Shown: positions 25,408 through 39,111 of the stretch, piece by piece
Numbering within the stretch: position 1 is the first letter of the stretch
How the letters are laid out: the number at the start of each line of letters is the position of its first letter
Source: Octopus sinensis
Taxonomy: Eukaryota
Length of the DNA: 64,000 bases
Direction: 5' to 3'
Assembly (NCBI RefSeq): GCF_006345805.1
Contig: NC_043002.1
Location: forward strand, 42,842,001-42,906,000
Made by a program: the position numbers and the translations under genes
Notes under the pieces: model-generated
Seen by the model: only the letters and a program-made list of their open reading frames with translations
Database searches by the model: none
Told to the model about the DNA's origin: nothing

Positions 25408-26268
25408 GTATGCAAGTGCTTTTGGAATGTAGCTTTCATTTTCGACTATTTTAATTCATTAATTAGATAAAATATTGGTGTGAGAGATGTGAAGATACTG
25501 ATGGAAATATATCGATATAAGATAATTCATGCAAACCATCTACGACATTGCTGTTTCTATTTTACCTAAACAATAAACTCCAATTTTTTTTAACAAAAAT
25601 AACAAAAGCCATAAGCACAAATTTTGCTGCATGCTAATTCAAGTTCATACAGGGCACAGAAAATAGAAAAAAGGGAGGAGACAAGAGATTAATGAAAAGC
25701 AGGTCACATATAGTTGATCATGAATAATCTGCATTGCCGGACAACTTTCAAATATTTAATTGGACAGTAACAGTTCGTAATAAGAGACTTACCTCAGCAG
25801 ATGTAATCAGGGATAACATTATAAATCTTTTAAACGTGACCCACTTACGACACGTGAAAGTAAACTCACACATGTAGAAAGGAACAGTAATTCAGTTATG
25901 CTTTCTTGATTGCTTGTCAAGTACAACAGGCAATCTAATTGACTGTTCTTTCTTCGTCTCAAACATATTTTTGGCCTTGTGCCTATAGCGAAAATCAAGG
26001 TTGGGTGCTTGCCATCAGAAATATCATGCGCTTACAGTTCTGTTTCAATTGAGAAATATGAGGTAGTATTTAACCTTTATTTTATTCTATAAAGGTTTTG
26101 TTGTTGTTGTTGCTGTTGTTATCCTTTAACCCCTGGCCAGCTGTGATCGAGCTTTAATGAAAGGCATGCCAGCCATGAACGTCCTATCTTTTTTTCTATG
26201 TACCTAGATCAAGTTTATGTAACTAGTCTTTTTCTAAGATAGTAGAGTTTTATTCGAGGGAGATTTAG

Positions 26269-26368
26269 NNNNNNNNNNNNNNNNNNNNNNNNNNNNNNNN
26301 NNNNNNNNNNNNNNNNNNNNNNNNNNNNNNNNNNNNNNNNNNNNNNNNNNNNNNNNNNNNNNNNNNNN
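26269..26368. other. Assembly gap (100 N)
   Basis: Run of N. True size and contiguity unknown. Confidence 1.
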
Positions 26369-27706
26369 TATACAGGAACCAAGGTAGATAACTACTTCAA
26401 TTCAGTCAAAATAAATCACAAGTACGCGACAAGTGTCTTTTACACTGATAACTAGAATGTATCAAATGAAGAAGTGAATAATTAAAAGTGAGTTTGATAA
26501 TCAACAAATATAATTATGAAAAAATATTTGTTTCGGTATGAAATTCGGAAAAGTTTCTGATTAGCAGATACAAAATTAAAACCAAAAACAATAACCGATT
26601 CATTTAGAAATGTGATAAAAATCTAAATTCACATACAGTCTACCTACCAAGCATATAATCGATTTGCATTTAAAAACAGGCCATATCAAGCCCAAATATT
26701 CTTGTGGTTCACATTTAAACTAGCCAAATCCAGCCTCTCACACCTACGCTACAATGTCCTTTTAAAAGTAAATAATGATATCGAAATCTCAAAGCTACTG
26801 TATAATGTATGAGTAATTCAAAATAATATGAATGGAAAAGCATTAAATTTGACAGAGTAATCTAAATGCTAGTGTTTATCTGATCGTGTGGCAAGGCGAG
26901 GAAGGAAACAATGCCTCCTAAAAATATAACCAAATCTGCCTCAAAGTACACCTTACCGTCTTAAAAGAGAAGGTTACGCTATGTGTGAATAAAGCCAATG
27001 ATTAAAAATACCTTCTCTACCTGTGGGTATTTAGCAAAGGAGGTTTCTTTGTGTATTAGAAAATTTATTTGTTACATTAATAGAAAAGGTGCTCGTGCAA
27101 CATGATCAATGGGAAAATTCAGATGAAACAGCGTAATATGACATGCACAGAAAGTCTTTGTTAGGAACTCAATATTTGAACTATCAAATATATATTCAGG
27201 AGTATGTCTTCTTCGAACATTTCAGGCTAAATATGCAGCTATTAGACGAAGAGTGTACGCCTACTCTATCCGAGGCTTTTTGAATATGGCGAGAGTGGAG
27301 AACGTCATGGCGACTTTGACGTCTGTGACACTCTTCAAAATTGGAGACTTTGACGTCTGTGACACTCTGCGAAATAGGCGACAAATTTGATTGAATTTAT
27401 AGGCAATATTCATGGTAAGTTTAGACAAGCCGCCGAATGATCATGTGAATAATAGCCATCCATTGGATAACAACTGGATTTGTGAAAATGATCGAATTAT
27501 GATTTCAGTGTGGGAAAACGCAGGATCTAATCCAATTCTATAAGTCTGGGCTTAAACAGCAACTCTAACTTACAGTGCGGCGACGTTTGAGTAGCAAGAG
27601 AGTTGAGATATCGAACATATCAACGATATTATTGATGCGAAAGGATATTTTAGCATTTCATCGAATAATGTTGGAGAGATCGATTAGGAAATGCCCCATG
27701 GATTGT

Positions 27707-28034
<328 letters not shown>

Positions 28035-28038
<4 letters not shown>

Positions 28039-28200
28039 CATGCAGGTGCCGATGAATGGTTGTATGACCAAATCTAAGCTTCTCTGCTGGTTCCTCAACA
28101 GTTACGATGGGATCTTGTTCCACCAGGGTTTGAATTTCTATAACCTTGTAGATGTTGGAAATGACAGCGATGGTTAGTTCAGAAAAATTACTCATCTTAT
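28035..28200 (-). pseudogene. Mariner transposase HTH fragment
   Basis: IQTLVEQDPIVTVEEPAEKLRFGHTTIHRHLH resembles the mariner second HTH. Confidence 0.7.
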
Positions 28201-28796
28201 GGACGAGCTGCACTATATCGTGTCTTCAAATACGGAAGAAGAAACCGATAGAATAAACAACAGTCTTTAAAATGATTAGCTCTGGGATCGATTCGTTCAA
28301 CTAAAAAATTCTTCAAGGTGATACTCCAGCATGGCCGCAATCTAATGACTGAAACAATTGAGAGGAATATGAATTGTTGAATTATGCGCAATGAGATATT
28401 TCCGATTTTAAAACAAATAGTCTTCGTTTTTACATATTTATTATTAACTTCATTGTTTAGATCAGTGGTTCCCAAAGTGGGGCGCTAATGCCCCCACCCC
28501 CAGGTGTGGGGATGGGGGGCGATGGAAAGATCAGGGGAGGGGCGTTGAAGGAAAGTGGAGCTGATAATGGGGTAGCGCCAAAAGGGGGCAATAGATGTAA
28601 AAATAACAAAATAATGGGTTTATAAGTTTTATTTGTGAAATACAGTTGTTTTGAATTTGATGAAGAGTGATCTGTTTGTGGTGATAGTGGTGAGGATGAG
28701 GCGTTAGGAATATAGCCTGGATGTCAAGAGGACAGCAGCACAAGTTTGGGGTCCGCTGGCTTAGATACTGTGAAAACGAGGAAGGAAACACTAATT

Positions 28797-29215
28797 GGAT
28801 CTTTTCGGTTTGAACGGCAGTTTTTAACATAATTTCTAGGTAACTAAAAAATTTTAAACTTCGTATCCTGGTAGAATGTGTTTATAAAACATCTTTTTCT
28901 CTTGGCTTTATTGAGAAAATTCTATAGTTTGTAAGATATTTGTTTTTATTTTTTTTTCTTCAATTTCTGCAATTTCAACCAATCAGTGACGTCTATTGAG
29001 TTAAAAAGCATTCTGTGCCGTATGAATATGTCCCACGTTTAAGAAACAGATTGGGTTTATTTACATTTGTGACGAAAAAAAGATACCCTTCCCCCACTCT
29101 AACCCTAACCCTAAAAGAGATTGAAATGCAATAGATCGATTCTAGGGTCATAATTATGGGTGACAATTTCATATGATACCACTAGAAAAAGCTGCCGTTC
29201 AAACCGAAAAGATCC
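28797..29215. mobile_element. Unclassified MITE with ~30-bp TIRs and a 7-8-bp TSD
   Basis: GGATCTTTTCGGTTTGAACGGCAG(T/C)TTTT inverted at both ends. Flanks cactaatt / cactaata. Confidence 0.85.
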
Positions 29216-31440
29216 CACTAATAACATCAACTGTAATTCTTTCCAAAGATAGATGTGTTCATTTTTTTATATCACATAGTGTCCTACTGGTATTCTAATC
29301 CCGACAAAGATTTTTTTTTTTTTTGAAAATGTGTTTTTGAAATAAATGTATTGTGTTTAGTTTAAATATTTTACTTTTAAGTAAAATCCCCACTCGTCTA
29401 AACATCCAGTATCTCGCTTATTTTCACTCTTGATAATTGAGGCCTACATATGAGCTCACAACGCCCTGAAGAGGACGCAATCTACATTAAGAATCACTGG
29501 CTTAGAAAGTTGAGTCAGTTAGCCTGAGACATGTGGGATGGGGTGTAATTGAAAAGGTCACGGTATGTGAGACGAAAGATTTCAGACAAAGAATACTAAA
29601 ATAAGAATAATAATAATAATAATAAAGCTGAAGAGAAAAGCGAGTATATAGTGCAAGTGGTTAATTGGCAAAAAAATCGGCTACACCCCAAATGTGTGTG
29701 TGTGTGTGCGCGCGGGGTGGGGTGTGTATATATATATATAGTGAGCAAAAGTATATGTACGCCGCAATATGTATATATAAATCAAAAAAGTTGAACAAAA
29801 ACGCAACAGACGACAATAAAATATCCGGACAGATTCGAAGACAGACAGAAAAAAAACAATGTCGGGTCATTCGCATCCCTCTCTCATCAATCAAGTTTCC
29901 AGATCATCCTTACAGTTTCGGCCGGTTACACTTGAGACTATTCAAATTTGATTTGCTCCAAAAAATAGCTAAGAGGATTCAAGTTTTGGGGGAGAAAGCA
30001 AGGAAATGTGTACGACGACAAAGACAAAAAAAAAAACGGAGAAAAATGTTATTCAATCACAAGTAACAAGAAAATAACAACAGGTGTCTTTCGATCGATA
30101 AAGACGAATCAAGTTGAGCTGGCGTGAGTAGAGTAAAAGCCTTGAGGCAGGACATAGGAGATGAACATAAGAGGCTTCGCGGCCGACAGCCGAGCTAAGA
30201 AAGAAAGATCATACTTGGCCACCACGCCGTCAACTTTGTCGAAGATTCCTTCACCAACACACAACAACAATCTTTGTCTACATATATGCAGATTCATTGT
30301 ATCTAACTTATAGTTACAATAATGGCTTCTTCCCTGAAACAGCTAGTTACAATCCACATAATACTTGACACCTAATCGTACCTGTCATTCCTCCTCTGGT
30401 CGCCCAAGCTCCACACTATCAAACCCTACTCCTCCCCCAGAATATCAACCTTCCCTGAACGCCTAAATGTGGTCGTACAGCCTGTTATGAATAGAAGTCA
30501 AACATATCTCAATCCACATCAGCTTTAAAAGCAAAAATCGACAATGTAGTCCCAAAAGATTGAAATTTGAAACTAATATTTCTGAAGAGTATAAGGGGAA
30601 AATAAGACTAGATGACCTCAGAATCTTTTATTATAGTTCCTCACTGTCAGAGCTAAGATGGGCCTAAGCAACACCAAAATCCTAAATGTTTAGTTATAAG
30701 TACCACCCATTTTCTTGAGGAGTTACACTGTTTTTATTTTCCAAAAGTGAACTAAATACCTCTTCTTATGCGGACTTCCTTAAACCCGTTCTCCACAGCA
30801 GAAGTGTTAAGGCCGCTTCTCCTACAAGAGTCATGTGCTGATGCCACGTAAAAAGCACTCATGCCGGTGCTACATGAAAAGTGCTCGTGCCATGCCACGT
30901 TAGAAGCAACCAGCACACACAGTAAAGTGGATGACGTTAGGAAGGGCAACAACCCGTGTTGAAACCAGGCCAAATCAAACTGAACCTGGTGCACCACGTC
31001 TGCTTGCCATCTCTGGTCAAACGCTCCAACCCAAGCCAGCATGGAAAATGGACGTTAAAGGATGACGATGACGATGATGATTCATGTTCTACCACATGTT
31101 AGGATAATTTTCTTTCAAATTTATGTTTTAATATATAAAATGGTTGTCTACGTCGTTTTTAATGTTCGTTAACTTTTTTCCGGGTAGAATGAATGAAGAT
31201 CGACATACCTAAATAAACCTGTTTCTTTCTTCTTTTATCGTTTACTTGTTTCAATCATTGGACTACGGCCATGCTGGGGCACCACTCTGAATGGTTAAGC
31301 TGAACAAACCTAGTTCAGTACTTATTCTATCGAGTTCTCTGCCGAACTGCCAAATTGCAAGAACATAAACAAACCAACACTGATCGCCAAGCGATTAGGA
31401 GACAAACACACACACACACGTGTATGTATGTGTGTATACT

Positions 31441-31483
<43 letters not shown>

Positions 31484-31990
31484 TAGATAGATAGGTAGAT
31501 AGATAGATAGTAGATAGATAGGTAGATAGCTATGGACATCAATCACTTCCACAGTTTTCATCTACCAAATTCATTTACCAGACATTAGTTTGTCCAGAGC
31601 TATAGTGGAAGACACTTGCCGAAAGTAACATGTAGTTGGAGTGAACATGAAACCACATGGTTACAAATCGTGCTTCTTAATCACACAGCAAAATGCAATT
31701 TTTTTTTTTTTTACATTCTCGCACATTGAACCCAATGTAATTAGGATTTTTGCGCGGGTGGAGGTCATAGTTGAGAAATAAACACTGGTAAATTAGGGAA
31801 AATTATTGAACAAATACATAACAACTAAGACCAAACCATTAGATGAGCAGTCAAATCTCCCTCAAATCACAGACTACCATCTTGAAAGATGGATATGCTG
31901 GATAATGTTGTGCAAGATACAAAGTCTGAATAAAAGACAGGATGGTCATGGCTGAAATGCCTCTGGTTATAGATCTGTTCTAGCACAATT

Positions 31991-32723
31991 GTTGGCATTC
32001 TTTTTGTCTCGGGAGACAATGGAGTTGCACATAAAGTAGTCAAGTCCGGCTTTTACATTTCATGTCCTGATACATTTCCTGCTGTGGCTGTGTAATCCTA
32101 TCCTGGACAAACACTCCCTCTGGCAGGTACCGCAAATGTAGCGAAGACTGTTCCTGGCTGGTTGTAATGCCATAGTTTCTTGTTGACGTCTTTTCCTGTC
32201 TTTCCATTTCTCCTCTCTCTCTCTGTCACTCCTTTGTATTCCCTCTCTTACGGTACGTCGCCAGTCTCCACGGTTGCCGGCAACTGCCTCCCAACCGCTA
32301 ATATTGATGTTGCAGGCCTTCATGTCCCTTTTGCAAACATCCTTGTAACGTAAGAGCGGTCTACCCACAGACCTAGCAAGCTCTCCGTAGAGTATGTCCT
32401 TGGGGATTCTGCCATCTTCCATACGGCTAACATGTCGAAGCCATCTCATACGTCTTTGTGTGAGGAGTGCAAACATGCTTGGTATTCCTGCTTGCCTGAG
32501 GAAATCTTTGTTGGGGATACGGTTCTGCCATTTGATGCGGAGGATTTTCCGGAGGCAGCGCAGGTGAAAGATGTTTAGGCGACGCTCTTGGCGTGTCTAT
32601 AGCGTCCAAGTCTCACTTCCATACAGTAGAGTGCTAAGTACACATGCCTGGTAGATCTTCATTTTCGTGGTCTTGGTCAGCTTATTGTTGTCCCAAGCCC
32701 GTTTGGAGAGTTGGGCCCAAAGG
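31991..32723 (-). mobile_element. 5'-truncated RTE-clade LINE (ORF C-terminus) with 10-bp TSD
   Basis: LLYGSETW...QRRMRWLRHVSRMEDGRIPKDILYGEL...GRP...W and a C-terminal CGTC...HSH zinc knuckle. TSD tagcacaatt at 31981-31990 and 32724-32733. In-frame TAG at 32597-32599. Confidence 0.92.
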
Positions 32724-33085
32724 TAGCACAATTAACTAGGAGCTAAACAACAGTTAAAAGGGACTGGTTTTACTATTTTGTCTTCTTAATATGACAAATC
32801 TTATACTTTCCATTTATGCGTATCAATTTAACGTCCACATGTATGCATGGGTCAGACTAATTCAGTGAGGCAAGCTGTCACTGGCTGGATGCCATTCCTG
32901 TCATTAATCCTCACCTGTTTCCAAGCAAGGTTCCCCTATGACTGGACAATTCTTCACAGGGTACTAGAAATGAAGGACACTACTTGCCTGATGGTGACAT
33001 TTATTTATAACTATCACATCGTGTCAAGACAAGATGACACAAATACTCACATACATCAACGCACACAATATATATATGTGTGTGT

Positions 33086-33380
33086 GGAGGCACAATGGCC
33101 CAGAGGTTAGGGCAGCAGACTCGCAGTCATAGGATCACGGTTTCGATTCCCAGACCAGGCGTTGTGAGTGTTTGAGCGAAAACACCTAAAGCTCCACGAG
33201 GCTCCAGCAGGGGGTGGTGGCGATCCCTGCTGTACTCTTTCGCCACAACTTTCTCTCACTCTTCCTTCCATTGGCCTGCTCGCTTAGCCAGCGGGGTGGC
33301 ATCATTTGAAGGCTAAAACAATGCGAAGTACATTGTGACCAGCGATGTGTAGCAACATCTGATAGCCTGGTCGATCAGTG
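33086..33380 (+). mobile_element. SINE family D (tRNA-like head); copies at 36295-36598 and 63668-63968, related fragment 20060-20270 (-)
   Basis: A-box TGGCCCAG(A/T)GGTTAGGGCAGC and B-box GGTTTCGATTCCC. Shared body gaaaacacctaaagctcc. Confidence 0.82.
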
Positions 33381-33387
33381 ATATATA

Positions 33388-33594
33388 TATAAGGGATGCT
33401 GACAAGTTCCTGGCTTGGAAAAAAAATAAAGGAAGATCAGTTATTTATGATTTTATTCCCTCTCATATTCACATACTTATTGCAGTGGTTCTTCAGTGGT
33501 TCTAAGCCTTGTAAAAGTACTCGGGAGGTTGGGCCTCCAACTAGGCCTTTCATGATACCATTAAAGCCAGAGACTTTTCAACACCTGCCTTATA
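33388..33594. mobile_element. Mariner-derived MITE (related inverted copy ~62192-62407)
   Basis: Imperfect TIRs tataagggatgctgacaagttcctggc / gccagagacttttcaacacctgccttata. Confidence 0.6.
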
Positions 33595-33621
33595 ATATAT
33601 ATATATACATATACACACACA

Positions 33622-34391
33622 CTAGCAGGATCCATGAACATTTCGTGGAATTACTAGTAAACCAATTGGGTTATTCCTTAAAAATCTATCCAGAAAGTGT
33701 AGCTTGTGTTGTGTCTTTATCAAAAGATAGTTGCTCATCTGCTACTCACTGAAAAGTGAAGGAAATAGGCATATGATTACTACTTAATGCACTTTATATA
33801 TATATACTTTACATACTTTTTGCACAATTTTATCGACTTAATACACAGCACCCATAAAATAAATATTCACTCTTATTTATTATTCCCATAAACAGAATAA
33901 AAATACACTTTAAAATTTACATGGTCACAATTTCATATTGAGAAAACAAACATTTTATAGTAAAAAATTATTTTATATGTAAAATATAGGAGTCGCAATT
34001 TCACGGGGCCAAAAATTCGATGCAACATGGCATATTCTGAAAACCATATCATTGGTAACTTATAAGCCAAGGCGATGGATCAGAGCCAATACACATTTCA
34101 ATTAGTGTACATCTTTCAATCCTATACTTCTTTGCAGACTATGTTCTTGTAAGTTCTCCCTCTTCTTTTCCCTTGTTTGTCAGTGTTGATAACTTTAACC
34201 CTCACATTAGATAATTTGTGAGCCCTTGACAATGCAATATATAGCTGACCATAGTCGAAAACAGGTTTAGGTAAGAACAGTCCCACTTTATCAATTGTCT
34301 GCTTTTGTGATTTATTGATAGTTATTGCATATGATAGGCAAATGAGAAACTGGTTTCTTTCTAAAGTGAGTGGCAAAGTTGGGATGTGCAT
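33622..34391 (-). mobile_element. Helitron 3' remnant: PIF1-like helicase C-terminus plus 3' hairpin-CTAG end
   Basis: QFLICLSYAITINKSQKQTIDKVGLFLPKPVFDYGQLYIALSRA...YKNIVCKEV (helicase motifs V-VI). Hairpin CCACGAA-ATG-TTCATGG at 33632-33648 followed by CTAG|T. Confidence 0.85.
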
Positions 34392-37163
34392 GCATAAAGT
34401 GATAGGTAATATTAAAAACTTAGCTCAATTAAAGAAAAAATTACTTTTCACTATGCACTCACCATCACCACCACCACCGTCATCTCTCTCTCTGCCTTTC
34501 TTTAATCTCACCATCAGAACATCAACCCTCTGCTAAAATTATATTTTAACTTCATAATAAATATTACATTCCTCCTACCACATGTCATGGACACTTCTCT
34601 CTCCATCTTTTCTTTCTCTCTCTCTTTCTATCTCACTCTTCCCCTTATCCTCTTTTTCTCTAATCACATGAAAGCATTATCAATGGGCTAAGTACAATCT
34701 ATTTCAGAAATACAAAACCCACATAGAATACAAAGCTCATCTATGTACATTTAAATGTTTAATAAACTCTTGAGGCAGATAATTATAGCCAAGAAGTAAC
34801 CATGTTTCTATATACTTTTCTTCATTCAATCTCGATATGCCAAATGACCTTCACCATCAGTTAGACGCACAAAGTAACCAATGAACAACTCAATAGCAGT
34901 CTTCACCCACATGGTCCAACAAGATAGCAGGAAAATGACTGCAGCTTGCAACTGATCTGCAACTCGTGGTTTTACCCACCAACCAAATCATCCTCTGGGA
35001 GCTATTCCATGGGAAGATGACTATAAGGCTTTTTACAAAAAAAAAAATACAAAAAAAAAACACAATTTGGACGTGGTCATTGCCAGTACCGCCTGACTGG
35101 CCCTCGTGCCGGTGGCACGTAAAAGCACCCACTGCACTCTCGGAGTGGTTGGCGTTAGGAAGAGCATCCAGCTGTAGAAACACTGCTAGACCAAGATTGG
35201 AGCCTGGTGCAGCCATCTGGTTCACCACTCCTCAGTCAAATCAGCCAACCCATGCTAGCATGGAAAGCAGACGTTAAACGATGATGATTCATTGTCAAGA
35301 ACCCAGTGGAAGAGGATGGTGCCACAACTACTAAGGAACTCAGGACATTGATGATAGAACAAGATGTGTGGTACTTTTTGCCATCATGACCAAGGCCAGC
35401 AAATTGTGTGGGAGGGAATTAGTGAATTTCATCAACCCCAGTACTTGACTGGTACTTAATATTTTTTTCACCTTGGAAGGATAAAAAGGCAAAGTTGACC
35501 TTGGAGGGATTTGAAATCAGAATATTAAGATCCAGAAGAAATGCTGTTGGGTATTTTATCCAATGTGTTAACAATTCCGCCAACTTGTTACCTTATCATA
35601 AACAGTAATATTAGTTACAAATTTGGGCACAAGGCCAGTATTTTGGGGTAGGGAATAAGTTAATAACATCAACCCCCAGTGCTTAACTGGTACTTATTTT
35701 ATTGATCCTGATAGAATGAAAGGTAAAAAAAAAAAATCAACCTCAGTGGAATCTGAACTCAACACAAAGATGAACAAAATGCTAAGCATTTGGCACAGCA
35801 TGCTAACAATTTTGCCAGCTAGCCACCTTATGACCAATAATATTGGTTTCAAATTGTAGCACAAGGCCAGCAATTTCGGGGAGGGTTGGCAAGTCACAAG
35901 AAATACAAAGCATCTTGTTTGACTATTGATTCTGGCAGCTTGCCAGCTTAACTTGTAGTTGATAAACAATGCAGATAATAATGTAATGAAGTCAGTTTTT
36001 AGCTAATTAAAACTGCAATGAGCTTTCATTATCTGCTTGATGTTAATCTTCTTTATACTCTCAACTGATTCCATGAAGAAAATCATGAATACTACAACTT
36101 CCAGTTCCCTTTTTTCTTGTAGTGAATTTGTGTACCAAAAGCAAATCTATCTAAACTCTTTAGCATTCAGATTACTCTGTCAAATGTAATGCTTATTTAT
36201 TTACGTTGTTTTGAATTTATCTATTCTCTTGTAGCTTTGAAAATGCAATGATGTGATTGTTTATTTTAAGGGTGCCATTGTAGAATGGCATTGTGGAGGT
36301 GCAATGGCCCAGTGGTTAGGGCAGCAGACTCGCGGTCAGAGGATAGCGGTTTCAATTCTCAGACCGGGCGTTGTGTGTGTTTATTGAGCAAAAACACCTA
36401 AAAAGCTCCAAGAGGCTCCGGCAGGGGGTGGTGGAGACCCCTGTTGTACTCTTTCACCCCAACTTTCTCTCACTCTTTCTTCCTGTTTTTTGAGTAATGC
36501 TACGATGGACTGGCGTCCTGTCCAGCTGGGGGGGACACATACACCATAGAAACCGGGAAACCAAGCCCATGAGCCTGGCTAGGCTTAAAAAAAGCGCATA
36601 AATTTTTAAAAATTGTAGAATAGGAGTAAGAGACTGGATCTGGATGGTTTGAACATAAAACAGGTTGAATATGACCGGTTTAAATGCTAAAGGATTAATA
36701 AAGACCAAAGGGTAAGCCTGCATAGGGAACAGACATGGTTGTATGATTAAGAAGTAGGCTCCTAAATCATGTGGTTCAAAATGTGATCTTAAGGTACAGC
36801 ATCTTAAGCATTTTTTTTTAATACCAAAATCACAAATGGATCCAATTCTGGTGAGTAAAATTATCATTTACCATTTACTTTCTTTTTGGTCATTGGATTG
36901 TGACCATGTTTGAGGTGCTGCCTTGAAGGATTCAGTTGAACAAATCAACTTACTACTCATCTAAGTCTGGCAATTATTCTGATTCTTTGACCAAACTGCT
37001 AGATTACAGAGACATGAACAAATCAATACTGGTTGCCAAGCAGTGCAAAGGGACACACACAAACACATACAAGTGTTTTGTGCTATAGCTATAGACTGAC
37101 GAAAACCTTTTGAGTGGATTTAGTAGATAGAAACTAAAAGAAGCCTCTCTGTGTGTGTGTGTG

Positions 37164-37216
<53 letters not shown>

Positions 37217-37241
37217 TGAGTGAGTGAGTGAGTGAGTGAGT

Positions 37242-37277
<36 letters not shown>

Positions 37278-38208
37278 CTATCTCTTTGACTGATGTCATG
37301 AAATAGCTGCAAGCAAGTGTCACCAACATGAAAGTAGCATCTTTCATTTCCAATCTTCTATGTCATGTCTGTTCAGAAGGAAATACTAACCCAACTTGAA
37401 AGCAGGTGAGGACTGGTGACAGAAAGGGCACCTGGCCTTAAAAAATCTGCCTTAAAAAATTCTGTCCATTCCATGCAAGCATAGGAAATTGGATATTAAA
37501 TAACAATGATGATGACAGTTTCTGCTTTCTTTCTCAGAATCCCCTCCTAACCAGTCATGGAAGTCTTGCAAAGGTCATGGATATTTCCTTCCTTTCTCTG
37601 ACAAAGCCATAAAAAAAATCATTAAATGCAGACCAAGAAACAAGAAATATGTAGAATAGGAGTAACGTAAAAGTCTAGCACTATTAAAGGCAGGGTAAGA
37701 TAGAAAAAAATTATTCCTTATTCAGTTTTTTTATTCATCTATATTTGTTGAGGTGTTTTTATTTTTAATAAATTCATTTTTGCTATGTGAATAATAAATA
37801 AACATTGTATAAAATATGTTTCACTTCTTGAATTAATTTTGATTTTGTTCATATGTATGAAAAAAATATAATATCCTTAAACATAAATCTTAGTGAATTG
37901 AGCATCATAAATGCAGAGAAATTTAATAAAGAACTTGTTAAAGAAAAGACATTTAAAGTGTTGTAGAAGCCATTAGAAAATAGAGAGATTCAAAGGATAT
38001 AGGTAAGTGAACATAATATAAATAAATAAATTCTTTGATTGCTGCTGATCACTGAGGACAAACGAAATACAAATGTTGTTTGAAAATATTTAGTTTTATA
38101 TTCTTTTGTTTTACTTTATTTATAATTTTCTTTTTAAAAAATCTTCACTGAGTTTTAGTAAAGTTAATTAGGAATAATCCTTTTTATTAGTAGAATACAG
38201 CCCTTTTG

Positions 38209-38253
<45 letters not shown>

Positions 38254-38847
38254 AATGTCAGTGTGTTTGAAGATGAAAAGTGTCTATTATTCTGCCAAAA
38301 TGGTCATTCTTTTCAAATATAAAGAATGATTATAATTTTAATACGAAAATACAATCATGTATTTAACCTTTCATCTTTATAACTCTTTCTACACAGCAAT
38401 ATATGTGTGACAGATAATGTTCAAAATGTGTGTAGAATGCACTGTTAAACTTATTTTGTATGAATATATTTATATTTTCTAAGGCTGGTCATGATACATT
38501 GCATCAAAAATACTATCTTTCCATTAGTCAAATGACAAAGTGTTTCTTTGTTTACATATTTCGTTTAAGTTGCATTATAAGGAAAGAAAGGCATCTCATT
38601 CTGAAATAATCCAAGTAGTGTTCCGCCATTTCTTATATAACCAAAAAGGGAAAAAAAATTCGGTGGGTAAAAAATAGGAGTTTTTGTTTGAAACCAATTC
38701 AATTATATAATATGTCTTTGTCTGACATTATCTTCATTTCACTCTTATAAAAAGTGTACAACACACTTGACAGTATCGGGTAAGTTTCATGGTGCTCTAG
38801 CATGACCACAGCCACCTGGCTGAAGCACATAAAAGAATAAAATATAC

Positions 38848-38891
<44 letters not shown>

Positions 38892-39111
38892 CTCCTAATC
38901 AAGTTTTACAGAATCAGAATTAGGAAGGTTTTCATTTTCTCGAATGTAAGATGTTCAGGTTTTAACATAATTACATCAGAATAGAAATCTGTTTGATTTG
39001 GAAGTCAGGTAAAAGAATCTTTCAAGAAATCGTTACAAATTAACTTCTTTGATTCTTTGGAACTCGACTTGCACCAATGTCATTTTATTTTTAATGGGAA
39101 GAACGATCAAG

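Noticed and set aside
25794-25830. Apparent minus-strand first exon MLSLITSAE|GTAAGT
   Set aside because: It lies inside the ~190-bp sequence also present at 19244-19435, where the donor reads GAG ATAAGT. Treated as a repeat.
30109-30297. ORFs on both strands in the CpG-rich 30.1-30.3 kb segment (GIFDKVDGVVAKY...; MNIRGFAADSR...)
   Set aside because: No recognisable domain or consistent splice partners. Kept only as part of the CpG-boundary observation.
33086-33160. tRNA-like sequences with A and B boxes (also the heads of SINE families A, B and D)
   Set aside because: No complete cloverleaf, and each runs into a repeated SINE body, so they are SINE heads rather than tRNA genes.
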